Origin: Candidatus Thorarchaeota archaeon
GTDB taxonomy: Archaea > Asgardarchaeota > Thorarchaeia > Thorarchaeales > Thorarchaeaceae
Length of the DNA stretch: 64,000 nt
Assembly: GCA_963726195.1 (NCBI GenBank)
Contig: CAVSBO010000004.1
Span: 256,001-320,000, forward strand
Direction: 5' to 3'
How positions within the stretch are numbered: position 1 is the stretch's first letter; each line of letters begins with the position of its first letter. Position numbers and translations under genes: made by a program. Under the pieces are notes generated by a model, which was given only the letters and a program-made list of their open reading frames with translations, had not been told where the DNA came from and did no database searches. Below are positions 36,563-47,063 of the stretch, piece by piece.

Positions 36563-37456
36563 GTGGCAACTTGCATGAAACGCCTGACCCGAGCTCGAAC
36601 GTCCATGACTTTCGCCGCAGCAATCTGGGGCTCGTCATTCGTCGTGGGGCGAGTTGGGGTCTCCTATCTCAATCCAGTTCTATTCACGTTTCTGGAGAAT
36701 TGCATTGGCCTCGTGGTCCTTGTCATCGGTCTAAACATACGGAAACCTAACAGCGAGAGGCAAGGGCCGACCAACGTTCTCTTCATGTCTGAGTCTGTGC
36801 TGCTTGGTTCCCTTAATGGGCTCGCGTACACGCTTCAATACATTGGTCTCTCTCTCACAACAGCTGTGAACACGAGTCTACTGGTCAATGTCAGTATGCC
36901 CTTCGTGCCTGTAGTAGCTTGGGCCTTGCTGAAGGAAAGGCTCTCACTAAGACGAACCGGAGGACTCGTGATTGGAATCTGTGGTGCGGTTCTCGTGACC
37001 ACGAAAGGCCAGCTGGAGTTACTAATCGGAGGAGAGTTGTTGGGCAATCTATGCGCGTTGAGTGCTGGAATATTATGGGCATTCTGGATTGTCATCTCTC
37101 AACGTGGCATCGAAAAGACGCGAAGCCCACTGCGACTGGCTGTTGGCAATGAGGCATACACTGTTGTCACGCTCTTCATTGCCACGTTGGTAACCGGAGC
37201 CTACAGTTTGGGTGCAGTTTCTGCTTGGCAACCGTGGATCGCAATCGCGTATCTCGGGATAATGTCAGTTGGGCTGGCCTACTTGCTCTACTATGGAGGC
37301 CTCCAAGAGATTGGCGGCTCAGCATCGGCTGCCTATATTCTCCTGCAATCCGTGGTGGCCCTAACTCTGGGCATCGTTCTGTTGGCTGAGCCTTTGACTC
37401 CACCGGTTTTCGGGGGTGCTTTGATGATTCTGCTGGCTGTTGTCATCGCTGGCTAG
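36563..37456 (+). CDS. DMT/EamA family transporter
   Basis: IWGSSF, two EamA repeats (LKERL, LAEPL), about 10 TM helices. Confidence 0.9.
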   Translation: MATCMKRLTRARTSMTFAAAIWGSSFVVGRVGVSYLNPVLFTFLENCIGLVVLVIGLNIRKPNSERQGPTNVLFMSESVLLGSLNGLAYTLQYIGLSLTTAVNTSLLVNVSMPFVPVVAWALLKERLSLRRTGGLVIGICGAVLVTTKGQLELLIGGELLGNLCALSAGILWAFWIVISQRGIEKTRSPLRLAVGNEAYTVVTLFIATLVTGAYSLGAVSAWQPWIAIAYLGIMSVGLAYLLYYGGLQEIGGSASAAYILLQSVVALTLGIVLLAEPLTPPVFGGALMILLAVVIAG

Positions 37457-37551
37457 GGAAGATGAATACGTGATGACAAGCTTCTTGAATGGGTTTTGCG
37501 AAGGTAAATAAAGCCCGATGAGCTTCGGGTAGAGGTCAGAGGCGAACCATA

Positions 37552-37977
37552 GTGCCGGGACTTACTAAGGGGATAATTGCCGACGTGAAGAATAGGCCCT
37601 ACGTCAATCTCCCGCAGGGCTTCTTTTCAAACCCTGCCGTCAGTGGTATGAAGGCGGCAATGGTAATCTATTTCGAACGTTCCGGTGAGATTCGTCTAAT
37701 ACCGATGATGAAAGAGGCTGGCGCAAGGGTGAGGCTGGAAGTCGAAAAGGTGAATCCGGCCCTGATGCAAACTATGACGCATCTCTTCAAGCAGCACGAT
37801 TTGAAAGTCCTTTTCACGACAGGTTTCTGTTTCGAGCAGAACCGATGTGTTTACGAGGTTTACTTCGCCGCTGATGATATTCGCGAGAAAGAAGCAGAGA
37901 TTCGTGAGACTATCAACAGCATACCAGGTCTCTATGAGAGCGAATTCGAATTGCTTGAGATAGACGGTGAATGGTAG
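37552..37977 (+). CDS. Hypothetical protein, AbrB-like N-terminus + ACT-like C-terminus
   Basis: YVNLP...GEIRLIP, then a beta-alpha-beta-beta-alpha-beta pattern ending SIPGL. Confidence 0.5.
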   Translation: MPGLTKGIIADVKNRPYVNLPQGFFSNPAVSGMKAAMVIYFERSGEIRLIPMMKEAGARVRLEVEKVNPALMQTMTHLFKQHDLKVLFTTGFCFEQNRCVYEVYFAADDIREKEAEIRETINSIPGLYESEFELLEIDGEW

Positions 37978-37997
37978 AAGCCGTGGTCTTACTCAGC

Positions 37998-38699
37998 CTA
38001 AGCAGGGCTGGTAGCCTTCGAGCCTTTCTTCATGATGCGGAAAGCAGCGTTTTCCTTCACGCTCGTCTCGACAACTTCGAGGTTGACGCGCAGCAGTGAC
38101 TCCAGATATCCCTTGATGAAAGCTGCCGGATAGAACGGACTGCCGAAGACTATCAAATCGTCGTGATACGACACTGCGCCCCAGCCGTTATCCTGAAGGA
38201 GTCCAAGCACTAAGGCCCTGCTAGATTCATCTCGCGGGTCCCGACCATGAAGGAGTGTGACCACGTCGGCAACAGGAGCTTGGCTCCCTGCAGTGGTACC
38301 CAGTTCATACTGTTCACTGGGCGTGAGCTTCGAGAAGAACAATGACGACAGGGTTTCGGACTCCAATGCGACACGGCACGAGTTCACATAGATGCCTCGC
38401 TCGCTCCACTTGTGAACGGAGAAGTCGAGGAAGAATTTGACAGCATCCTCGATTAGTTGAGCTCTTGAGCGCCCCGCTCTGGCCTTGACCAGTTGATCTA
38501 TTCTTCCGACAAGTGGCTGGCTCATGGTGACGCTGATGATCTCTTTCTTCTCCTCTGTTGGCCTTCTTTTCCTTCCCTGTTTCTTCTCTTCTCCGGTATT
38601 ACGGCTCACTGAGGTCTCGGTCTTGGGGTCATTGTCGACGCTAGGTGATTTCGGGTCATCAGTGATGTTTATGCCGGGGTCTACAGGCTTTCGAGCCAA
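37998..38699 (-). CDS. Ribbon-helix-helix (CopG/NikR-like) regulator with V4R-like C-terminal domain
   Basis: ISVTMSQPLVGRIDQLV...SRAQLIEDAV; YELG..AG, GWG, FIKGYLE. Confidence 0.7.
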   Translation of the reverse strand: MARKPVDPGINITDDPKSPSVDNDPKTETSVSRNTGEEKKQGRKRRPTEEKKEIISVTMSQPLVGRIDQLVKARAGRSRAQLIEDAVKFFLDFSVHKWSERGIYVNSCRVALESETLSSLFFSKLTPSEQYELGTTAGSQAPVADVVTLLHGRDPRDESSRALVLGLLQDNGWGAVSYHDDLIVFGSPFYPAAFIKGYLESLLRVNLEVVETSVKENAAFRIMKKGSKATSPA

Positions 38700-39275
38700 G
38701 TGTAGCTTGCCTCCCGACCTCTTTCTTTCTGAAGCGTCGCTGAGTGTGCTCAGGGATGATTTGTGCGTGTTGCACTCTGTGAAGGGGTCTCGTTCGTCCC
38801 GAAGTGTTCCTCTGCTATAAGAATGCTTTGGGACGAAGCGAACCCAGCTGCAGGCTGGTCATCATTACAAATGACGGTAAGCACTACGTTTGTTCTGTAA
38901 TCCAGGACTGGAGTGGGTTTGACCCAGCAATGTTTAATCACTTTTGTGGAAGAAGTCAGCTGGGTACCCGCCTTGGCTCATTGCGAATTCTGGCTCGAGA
39001 TGAGGGAAGAGGACAACGCATTTCGTGTTATGCTGCTCCTCTTTGAAGGGATTGATCCTCCAAACGAGTATGCTCAGGTCGACAACCAAATCGTAGACTG
39101 CGGTCGGTATCTGTACGCTTCACCTTGGTTACCGAGTATCCATGCAGCAGAGAACGAAATGACGACGACCGCACGGAGTTACTCGGAGAAGGATGTCAAG
39201 ATTATGGTTATCCGCGAGATAAGAAAGACAGTTCCGTCTTGCCAAGACTCCGGATTTGGGACTACTAGTGTGAGC

Positions 39276-39307
39276 AAAAAGAAAAGAGAGAGGGGTCACT
39301 GACCCCT
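39276..39307 (-). terminator. Hairpin + U-tract terminator
   Basis: Inverted repeat AGGGGTCA-C-TGACCCCT followed on the minus strand by CTCTCTTTTCTTTTT. Confidence 0.7.
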
Positions 39308-39312
39308 AACTC

Positions 39313-39975
39313 TCAAGGTGCAGGCCACGGAATCACAAGGCTTAGCATCGCAGGACTGATTATCACAATGATGCCGACTGCAATGCATGCGAGACCAATA
39401 AGCACGCTGACTGGGTTGGAAGCAAACACCTTGCCTATGAGTTCAATCAGCTTGATGAGCAGTCCGCCCAACAGGTAGACCACGGCGAAGATGATTATGA
39501 ATATCACGAGCATTCCCTTGAGGGAGACGATCTGTGTAATGGCGCCTCCAATGACCGGGGCGGTCTTCAAGGGATTCAGTATACCATAGAGTGTGAATGT
39601 ACCGAAGCCTGCTATGCCTGCTGCAAAAAGAAAGGCGAGTGGGAACTTGTCGAGTATTCTCATCACGAGTGAGAATCCCGTTATGATGAGTATTCCAGCA
39701 ACGATGGGAGCGCCCGGCTGGGTCGTCCATGCCACATACCCAACAAGCATGTCGAGGAATCCGACAATGAACCCGACGTGAGTACCTGTTTTGACCACCA
39801 AATCCAAGAACTTGCCGATTATCGGAACTTCCTCAAGAACGTGTTCCAGGAGCCAGGCAGCAGCCAAGATTCCTGAGATAATGAGCACCCAAGCTATAAC
39901 CACTTGGTTAGCGAAGAATGCCATTATCTGTCCGAGGCTGAGATCGAAGATGCCAAACTGTAGCATATTATGCAC
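39313..39975 (-). CDS. Multi-pass membrane protein, unknown function
   Basis: About 6 hydrophobic helices; internal PIIG/PVIG repeat. Confidence 0.8.
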   Translation of the reverse strand: MHNMLQFGIFDLSLGQIMAFFANQVVIAWVLIISGILAAAWLLEHVLEEVPIIGKFLDLVVKTGTHVGFIVGFLDMLVGYVAWTTQPGAPIVAGILIITGFSLVMRILDKFPLAFLFAAGIAGFGTFTLYGILNPLKTAPVIGGAITQIVSLKGMLVIFIIIFAVVYLLGGLLIKLIELIGKVFASNPVSVLIGLACIAVGIIVIISPAMLSLVIPWPAP

Positions 39976-40125
39976 CTATCATAGGTGAAACACGACTAGT
40001 ATTTGAAAGTTTGGCGTTGTCACAATTTGCTAGCCAATGAACGAGCTGCCGATGCTGTTTCGGATGCAGTTGGCGCGTATGCACTAGAGCAGCACGACCA
40101 TGCAAATCCAAGTAACTATACTCCT

Positions 40126-41673
40126 TCAGACATGGACAGTCCCAAGCATGGCCGAAGACAGCGCAAACGCGCTGAAGAATACTAGACCACAGGCCAGACC
40201 AATTAATGCTGGTCTTCCGCCGTTCACCATTCGCGAATTCTGAAAGCCCGTTGAGAGAGTCATCGCGGCCAAGGCGATTATCAGCGGAGTGAGATCAATC
40301 AAGGAGAGGGCCTTGGGATTCCACAGAGGCCCCTGATGCATCAAGGCCCCGATGAACAGAAAGGGTGTCAGTGAAGATAGAAGGCCTAGGACAGCTGCAC
40401 TTGTGAGGCTCAACACGTAGACCTTGAGTCTCTGTGCCGCTATTATAGATCCACGTTCTTTTATGATAGCAGACCTCTTGACCATATGTACAGCCAACTT
40501 GGATAGTCTCTCACCGGCTTGAGTTGCCGAAGCTTCGCACATCAGTGAGATGACCTTCATCATTTGGGCCGCTCTCTTACCCAAGGCCTTCTCACTCGCA
40601 ATTGCCATGGCCTCTTTGGTGCTGGCCTTTTGCCAATAGATTGACTGAATGGCGGGGTCGATCAACCGCTGAATCTCCACTCCAGTATCGTCCCTTATGG
40701 CCGGAAGAGCGACCTCGAGTGTGTCTCCAGATCGAAGACGTTCGCCCAGAAGCATCATGAAATTGACAAACTCGTCATATTCTGTGGTGATGTCCTTCTG
40801 AGATGGTGCGAGTGCTCCTGTATTCTGCGGTCGGTCAAAGTAGGCAGAGAACTGACGCTGGAACCGTGAACCCATGCCCCAGCTCAACCCAGCGAATAAT
40901 GGTGCCATCAGTATCACGAGGGGATTAGTGCCATAGCCCGCAAGAGAGATGGCAAGTGTAAACATGATGGGTAAGTATGTCGTAAGAGCAGCAACAATCA
41001 ATAATCTGCTCTCAAGCTCGAGGTTCCTCTGACGCAGCATCGCGTCGGCTTCGAATGACTCCCCTGAGAGGAGCTCCAGTAGGTCCGTTTTCCTCTCGAG
41101 GGCGGTTAGAATCGCGAGGAGGTAACGCCTCAGGTCATCGGACGGCTGATCCTTGGCGAACTCGGCGATTGCCTTCTCCGGTGGCACTCCATCTTCTGTC
41201 TGGGCAAGGATTCGGCGAAATGATTCAGATAGATACGGATGCTCTGACTGTGCTACCATCTCAATGGCATCAAATATCGTTCCTCTCGCTTGGAATACCA
41301 AAACAAACTGCTCGAATACGATATCGGCTTCCTCTGACAGGCCGATTTTGTAGCTGTTCATCAGAGAGACTGGATGGGAAACGATGATGTAGTATGCAAC
41401 CACCGCAATAACAGTCGATGGAGGAACAATGATCAATGGATTGGTTGCCAGACGTGACATCAACCAAAGCAACCCGATGAACACAAGAAAGGAGACCAAG
41501 TAAGATGCAGAGGCAACTCCTTTGGAGGTTAGGTTCATCTTAGGTGCCAAAAATCTTACGGCACGGTCAAGCTCCTTGTCCTTCTTTCTGGCACCGAGCA
41601 GCGAGAAAGGGGGTATCTTCGACCCTACCCTGCAGAGCCGCTCGTACATTATCTGCCAATCCTCTAGTAGCAC
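40126..41673 (-). CDS. Type II secretion system F / TadC-FlaJ-like pilus platform protein
   Basis: Two repeats of the cytoplasmic T2SSF motif (GTIFDAIE...GVPPEKA; RSGDTLEVAL), each followed by TM helices. Confidence 0.7.
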   Translation of the reverse strand: MLLEDWQIMYERLCRVGSKIPPFSLLGARKKDKELDRAVRFLAPKMNLTSKGVASASYLVSFLVFIGLLWLMSRLATNPLIIVPPSTVIAVVAYYIIVSHPVSLMNSYKIGLSEEADIVFEQFVLVFQARGTIFDAIEMVAQSEHPYLSESFRRILAQTEDGVPPEKAIAEFAKDQPSDDLRRYLLAILTALERKTDLLELLSGESFEADAMLRQRNLELESRLLIVAALTTYLPIMFTLAISLAGYGTNPLVILMAPLFAGLSWGMGSRFQRQFSAYFDRPQNTGALAPSQKDITTEYDEFVNFMMLLGERLRSGDTLEVALPAIRDDTGVEIQRLIDPAIQSIYWQKASTKEAMAIASEKALGKRAAQMMKVISLMCEASATQAGERLSKLAVHMVKRSAIIKERGSIIAAQRLKVYVLSLTSAAVLGLLSSLTPFLFIGALMHQGPLWNPKALSLIDLTPLIIALAAMTLSTGFQNSRMVNGGRPALIGLACGLVFFSAFALSSAMLGTVHV

Positions 41674-41702
41674 GCGTACCGAGGCACTTCTTAAACTGCC
41701 CG

Positions 41703-42958
41703 CTATCCGAAGTCAGTAAGCTGGGTCTGAGACATGAGTTCTGAATAGGTTTTGCTTACATCGAGCCAGCGCTGCACCGGGTTGGTCAGATGTAGACCGA
41801 TTTCGTTTACTGCTTCGCTCAGCGAAGAGAACTTCCTGGGAGGCGATGCAAGCGCACGACGGGCTATCTCTCTGAAGCGCCAGACACCGAGTGGCACCCA
41901 CTTGCTGGGGTCCACTTCCATGAATGCTATTACTCCTGCCTGTTTGTGAGCATCAGCAAGAAGCTCAAGGGCAGGAAGCCTAGTCGCATAGTAAGCTCCC
42001 ACTATCACTTGCGCATAGTCTTTTCTTCCCTTGAACCACTCATAGTCGGACATTACGGGTGGATTTGGTCCGCCAAGCCAACACTCAAGCGCCTCGAATT
42101 GCCAAGCAGTCGGCAGCAAGAGAAGAACCACCGTGTTTCCAAGCGCATGGTCTGCGTAAACTGAATAATCGTTTGTGACTGGGTACCTCAAAACCTCCTT
42201 GTGGAGCTCTTGCCCACTATGTCATCGACAGCTGTTATGCTCCATTGTGTAGGTACAAGTCTCCGAGTTCTCTTTAGACCAAGGAGTCCAATCGAAAGAA
42301 GCCTCGTCACATGCTCCTGTCTGATTCCTTCATGGAACAACTCGAGGACTCCGTCTCCTGCCTTCAGATCCGTGTCGGTGGTGATTCGGTCAATGGGTTT
42401 AGACACGTGAGGATTGTCCTCAAGCTGGAAATAGCTCAGTGGTGCTGACGGTCCAACGGGCAGGGTTCGCCCCGTGAGGACTGTGGTAAAAGACGGTCTC
42501 TTGATGAGTAGAGCCTCAGAAGAAGTGGGCGTGTCTGACAAAGCAAGAGTCTGGGTCTCTGCTAGGAGCCTTGGTGGGTTTATCGCGGCGTCTACTGGAA
42601 GGAATCTCTTAGTTCGAACGAGGCTGAACCTGTATGCTAGGATTTGGTCCAGTGTCTTGTCAAGCCACAGGTCTGGTCTCTCCATCAGTGCAGTCTCTTC
42701 TCCTCTCAAAGGAGGAATCAGAGGCCCCGCCAAGACCTTCGGGTATCCATAGCTACCGACGAACACCGCAGGTGGTGATGACCCCGCAAGGTTGAGACCG
42801 GTAACCGCTTGGTCGATGTTGAACAGAGCCCTCGCTCTCATTACGAGCGGACAAGGGCTGACTCCACAAAGGGCCCTGTGCCCCATGCATCTGGAGCAGA
42901 CTCGTTCGTCATATGACTGACCCGTGCTCCTCGTTGCTTCCAGATGTGTTTGAGGCAA
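41703..42958 (-). CDS. nreA: NreA/Nre family DNA repair protein (frameshift at ~42209)
   Basis: CSRC..LCG..CP, GSSPPAVFVGSYGYPKV, LVPTQWSITAVD, GAYYATR, PLGVW; C-terminal PIP box QTQLTDF. Confidence 0.9.
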
Positions 42959-43201
42959 TTCGCCGTGCGCCCCGTTTGGCAGTTGCTTTTGTGTTCTATA
43001 TCTTATTCACTGCTTGTAAGCATTTAGACTTGTCAATCGTTCGTTGTGGTGAAGGTCTGTATGGAATGCATGCCGTCCCGATGGCATTGCTAGTAGGCTG
43101 GAGAGTAAGAAGAGTCATATATGCAGGGAACGAATAGCCAAAAGATATGGCAAGCGATAATCCCATGGGAATGATATACGCGCACCGGCTAGCCGCGAAG
43201 G

Positions 43202-43447
43202 ATGACAAAGAAAGAGCTGAAGTGGAGTTGCGCCTGCCCTAGATGTCCAACCTACAAAGGAACAGGTGAGACTGCGGACAACTTTTGCGGCCAAGGAAAA
43301 AGCATGAGAATCACCCAAGAGAAGGGTTGTATCTGTCATCGCTGCGTAGTATCAGTTCAAGCTGGCAACAAGGACATGTACTGCTGCACCAGAGGGACAA
43401 GAACGCTCAACATGCTTGAGGGGCTAATGGAAGGTCTCAAGAGATAA
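43202..43447 (+). CDS. DUF2769-like small Cys-rich protein
   Basis: CACPRCPTY, FCGQGKS, CICHRC, YCCTRG. Confidence 0.75.
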   Translation: MTKKELKWSCACPRCPTYKGTGETADNFCGQGKSMRITQEKGCICHRCVVSVQAGNKDMYCCTRGTRTLNMLEGLMEGLKR

Positions 43448-43509
43448 TTCGACAATAAAGCGTGCGATGCCGCCTTCGGTGCAGCGCCCGTTCTTGAACA
43501 GGTCAATTG

Positions 43510-43983
43510 TCAGAATGGTTTCAATAGCCACATTTTCCATGCTTCGTAGAGTAGAACTGAGATGCCAATCAATGTCATAGAGACGTACATGATATCCTGC
43601 GTTTTCATTGGCCAAGACATCAGGAGAGCAACATAGACAACAAGCATCGATGAAAAGAGCGTAATCAGGAAAATGAAGCGTGGAATGAGCCGGGTTCCTA
43701 TCTTAACGAAAAGGGTGAGTGAACCAACGCGGACTTGCTTTAGAACTGAGTACACACCGTTTTCGTCCTTGGCCACGAGTTCGACTTCTGCCAGCTTGTT
43801 CAAATGATGAAGGGCGAGGCTAGGGCTTGACAGGCCCAAGGCGCGTTGCACGTCTCTAACGCCCATGGGTCCATGAGTGAGCAATAGAGCATAGACCCCC
43901 ATGGTTTTTCCTTTTAGTAGATCGTCGATGCTCTTCTTGTATTCGTCCCCGCTCACACTCTTCATCACCCTGGTTACCAGCAA
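43510..43983 (-). CDS. Membrane-anchored winged-helix (ArsR-like) transcription factor
   Basis: GPMGVRDVQRALGLSSPSLALHHLNKL followed by two TM helices. Confidence 0.85.
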   Translation of the reverse strand: MLVTRVMKSVSGDEYKKSIDDLLKGKTMGVYALLLTHGPMGVRDVQRALGLSSPSLALHHLNKLAEVELVAKDENGVYSVLKQVRVGSLTLFVKIGTRLIPRFIFLITLFSSMLVVYVALLMSWPMKTQDIMYVSMTLIGISVLLYEAWKMWLLKPF

Positions 43984-44036
43984 GAAGACTCGTGCCGTAA
44001 GATAAACTCAGCTCATCGTCTATGCTCAGTCGAGTC

Positions 44037-44771
44037 CTACGGGTACGAGGCCGCCTGCGTGATTATATCATAGAGCTGCACGACTGGGCTGCTAAGATGG
44101 CCCCCTTCAATGAGCCAGTAACCAGTTGTCGCATAGTTGGTTGTCTCAGGCCAGCCGTTGGGCGCGTAGTTGCCAGTCCATGTCCCGTTCTGAATGTATG
44201 CCAACCCGTCGCTCTTGGTGTAGCCGATGTAGAACAGAGTGTTGTCATTGAAGTATATCTCAATGAAGAAATCAATCGGCCAAGTGTTTGGCCAGTATTG
44301 GGGATGAGACGAAGCATCATCCATCTGTCCGATACTGTCATTGACTAGCAGACCGCTGAATGAGTCCCAGGTTGTCTGGTCCACCGATCCTATGCCTGTG
44401 ACGTTCTTGTCGAACGGAGAGAAGAGCACACGCACTTGATTCAAAGGCTGTTCGTGTTTCATGTAGACACCGTCAACAAAAGCGGAAGCATTGCTCTGCC
44501 GGTAGAAAAGGGTAAGATTGACATTCACAAAGGTCGAGTTGCACATCCAGTAGAACAGGACATCGTCTCTCTTGCTCTGAAGATACTCCATTGCCATGGC
44601 ACCAAACCCGTTTCCATGATGAGTCGTTGTGGTCGTAGTTGTGGTTGTTGTAGTCGTTGTGTGGGTACCAGGCAACAGGATCGATGTGGCAATCAATCCG
44701 CCGGTGACTATGAGCGCAACTACTACAGCTGCCAATACTGCGGACCGCATGGTCGTTCCGTATTCTTTCAT
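44037..44771 (-). CDS. Membrane-anchored extracellular protein with poly-Thr linker
   Basis: N-terminal signal anchor, run of Thr residues, many N-x-S/T sequons. Confidence 0.8.
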   Translation of the reverse strand: MKEYGTTMRSAVLAAVVVALIVTGGLIATSILLPGTHTTTTTTTTTTTTTHHGNGFGAMAMEYLQSKRDDVLFYWMCNSTFVNVNLTLFYRQSNASAFVDGVYMKHEQPLNQVRVLFSPFDKNVTGIGSVDQTTWDSFSGLLVNDSIGQMDDASSHPQYWPNTWPIDFFIEIYFNDNTLFYIGYTKSDGLAYIQNGTWTGNYAPNGWPETTNYATTGYWLIEGGHLSSPVVQLYDIITQAASYP

Positions 44772-44916
44772 TTCAATTCCCCCGAAGGTCGATACTCACT
44801 CCTCGCGAAAGGATATTATACTACGGTTTAAACAGCGCGTTCAAAAGGTTGAACAGCAGAAACTCTACCACGAAGCCGGCAGATATAGAAGCCGAATTGA
44901 TACGGGGAACCAAGAC

Positions 44917-45216
44917 ATGTCAACGCGAAGAGAATCAATCGAGAAGCTTCTGGAGGATACAGAAGTCCCGCTTACAGCCAGAGACATATGCGAACGATTG
45001 GGAATCACCGGTACGTCCGAGATATTCGATGACATTGAGCACATCAGTCAAACAATCAGAATCAGGGGAAAAGAGATACTGATTCGCCCTGCGAGATGCG
45101 CCAAATGCGGTTATGTGTTCTGGAATCGCCATGTGGCTAAGATGCCGGCTAAGTGCCCCAAGTGCCATTCTGAACAAATAATGGAGCCCGGCTATATCAT
45201 TAAACCGGGCAGATAG
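44917..45216 (+). CDS. HTH + Zn-ribbon transcriptional regulator (COG3357-like)
   Basis: TRRESI, DDIEHI, PARCAKCGYVF, PAKCPKCHSEQI. Confidence 0.88.
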   Translation: MSTRRESIEKLLEDTEVPLTARDICERLGITGTSEIFDDIEHISQTIRIRGKEILIRPARCAKCGYVFWNRHVAKMPAKCPKCHSEQIMEPGYIIKPGR

Positions 45217-45297
45217 TCGGCGTTTCAAGGCCCAACGCTGCAATCAGTGCAAGATTCGCATATTTGGAACTTGCAGCAGGTGAGACGTCGGTTCGAA

Positions 45298-45609
45298 TCA
45301 GTGTGAGTCGAAACGATGAACGCCCAGGATACCACTTCCTTCATGCTTGATTTCGAGCACTCTCGTTACTGCATAATCACTGAGACCGAACTCGGATTTC
45401 TCCACATACCCGTGGATGACCACCTTCATACCGACGTGGGGTAGGAATCTGCACTTGTCCATCACCGCAGAAGAGACATGAACGTCGTACGTTTTCCCTG
45501 TGTCCTCGTCTTGGACAACAATGTTCGTCGACCCGTACCATCTCTGAGCACTCACTCTGACTGTCGTGCTTCGGCCAACTTCGCGGATTACTCCTTTGAC
45601 TACAGTCAA
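45298..45609 (-). CDS. Small OB-fold protein
   Basis: VKGVIREV...VVQDEDTG...VGMKVVIHGYV pattern. Confidence 0.55.
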   Translation of the reverse strand: MTVVKGVIREVGRSTTVRVSAQRWYGSTNIVVQDEDTGKTYDVHVSSAVMDKCRFLPHVGMKVVIHGYVEKSEFGLSDYAVTRVLEIKHEGSGILGVHRFDSH

Positions 45610-45780
45610 GCCAACATTCCTTCTCAGTGTGACAGAGATGATTAGTCGGGCAATCAGGCACGACTGGATAGCAGCACTGCACCGTGCTGAGCATGATGTC
45701 GCACAATGATTTAGCTTTCTATTATGCGCTAGGATCAAATGCTATTTGGCAATCATGGTTGTGGCTTAGTATCACTGGGC

Positions 45781-47049
45781 CTAGGTCTGCCACGGAGGCA
45801 CGAGCCTGCCGTATCTTCCTCCACCGCCAGCAACGTAGGTCACGGTTCCCTCCCGGAGCGCTTCGACCATGGCTCCCACTCTCTTGTCGATTTCCGATAC
45901 TTTTTCAACTGGAGCATCTGTGAGTATAGTGGTCTCCCGACCTAGGCTGGTTCGCATTCTCTCATACAATTGCCTTACGCTCTTCGTCGATTTCGCCATG
46001 CCATTCAATGACGCGGAGATGACATCGAGCAGTGGCGGGATGTGCAAGTAGGGCGGACGATGCAGTGGAGACTTACTCTTGCCGGCACCAATCATCATGG
46101 CGCGGTCTCGAACGCCCAGGCGCAGGTTCTTTCCGTCGGCGGGGCACTTGGCGCGCCGCCTATGGATATCACGCAGAAGCGCAGTCTTCTCGCCTGAATC
46201 TCTGCATTTGATGTAGATGCTGAGCTTGTCGTACCGCGGTGGCCCATCCCCATCCAACATCTCCACTGTTCTTCGGCAAGAACTGCAAAAAGAGAGGTAG
46301 TATTTTCCCATCCGGGGATCCAGGCCCAAGTTCAGGACCGGTCTTCTGCCTTCTCGTCTCAATATGGCATTTCTAAGCTCGTCGAATGTCGCTGATTCCA
46401 TGGAGAACCTTACAAGCTCCCTTCCCAGCTTGTCGGGTGAGGGTGAGTGAGCATCGCTTGAAGTAACGAAGGTAATCCTGTCGAGTTCTGGTATGCAGTC
46501 TGCAATCTCAGTATCTGCGGAGAGACCCAGTTCCAGAAAATGGATGTTCGGAGCTTCCTTCCCATAACAGGCCAGCAAAGACTGATACCGGCCTTCTCGG
46601 AATATGGACTTGAATGGCGTGAATGCATGAGCCGGGCCTATGAGTCCTCCCGTCTCTCTCACGACTGCTGCAAGGTCTTCAGCACCGAGATTTACTCTTG
46701 GACGGCCGCCCCACTCGGAATCGATATTGACAGAAGACGGTCTGAGGCTGCGGCGCAATTCATCTACTGACTGAAAATCGGGCAGTATCACGATGTGATG
46801 GATAGATTCCTTGTCTTCGATTTCTACTGTTAGTATGAAGGAGACGTTATCCTGTTTCAGTTCCTCTCCGGATGCCACGAGATTGCGCCTGAGATGCTCC
46901 AACCAGTCCGGTTGAGTCGCATCACCGGTGCCCAGAATGTCAAGACCTTTTTCAACGGCACCTTTGACCAGATTCGGAATCGTCATCGTCCGACTGACAC
47001 CAATCGAGTGGTGCGAGTGAATGTGCAGGTCCGTATCAAACTCAAGCAT
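45781..47049 (-). CDS. Endonuclease Q (PHP-fold, TIGR00375) family
   Basis: DLHIHSHHS, GTGD, GRP, PAHAFTP, ELGLSAD, SDAHS, GKY, LGVRDR, RPPY, GGGGRYG. Confidence 0.92.
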   Translation of the reverse strand: MLEFDTDLHIHSHHSIGVSRTMTIPNLVKGAVEKGLDILGTGDATQPDWLEHLRRNLVASGEELKQDNVSFILTVEIEDKESIHHIVILPDFQSVDELRRSLRPSSVNIDSEWGGRPRVNLGAEDLAAVVRETGGLIGPAHAFTPFKSIFREGRYQSLLACYGKEAPNIHFLELGLSADTEIADCIPELDRITFVTSSDAHSPSPDKLGRELVRFSMESATFDELRNAILRREGRRPVLNLGLDPRMGKYYLSFCSSCRRTVEMLDGDGPPRYDKLSIYIKCRDSGEKTALLRDIHRRRAKCPADGKNLRLGVRDRAMMIGAGKSKSPLHRPPYLHIPPLLDVISASLNGMAKSTKSVRQLYERMRTSLGRETTILTDAPVEKVSEIDKRVGAMVEALREGTVTYVAGGGGRYGRLVPPWQT

Positions 47050-47063
47050 CTGTTGCGTTCACT

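Noticed and set aside
38913-39302. 129-aa ORF
   Set aside because: No recognisable motifs and it runs into the terminator of the opposite gene; uncertain, not called.
44625-44662. Trinucleotide-like repeat
   Set aside because: It simply encodes the poly-Thr linker with mixed codons.
45285-45300. GGTTCGAATC as a tRNA T-loop (similar sequence near 35128)
   Set aside because: No acceptor, D or anticodon stems can be formed; the second instance is inside a CDS.
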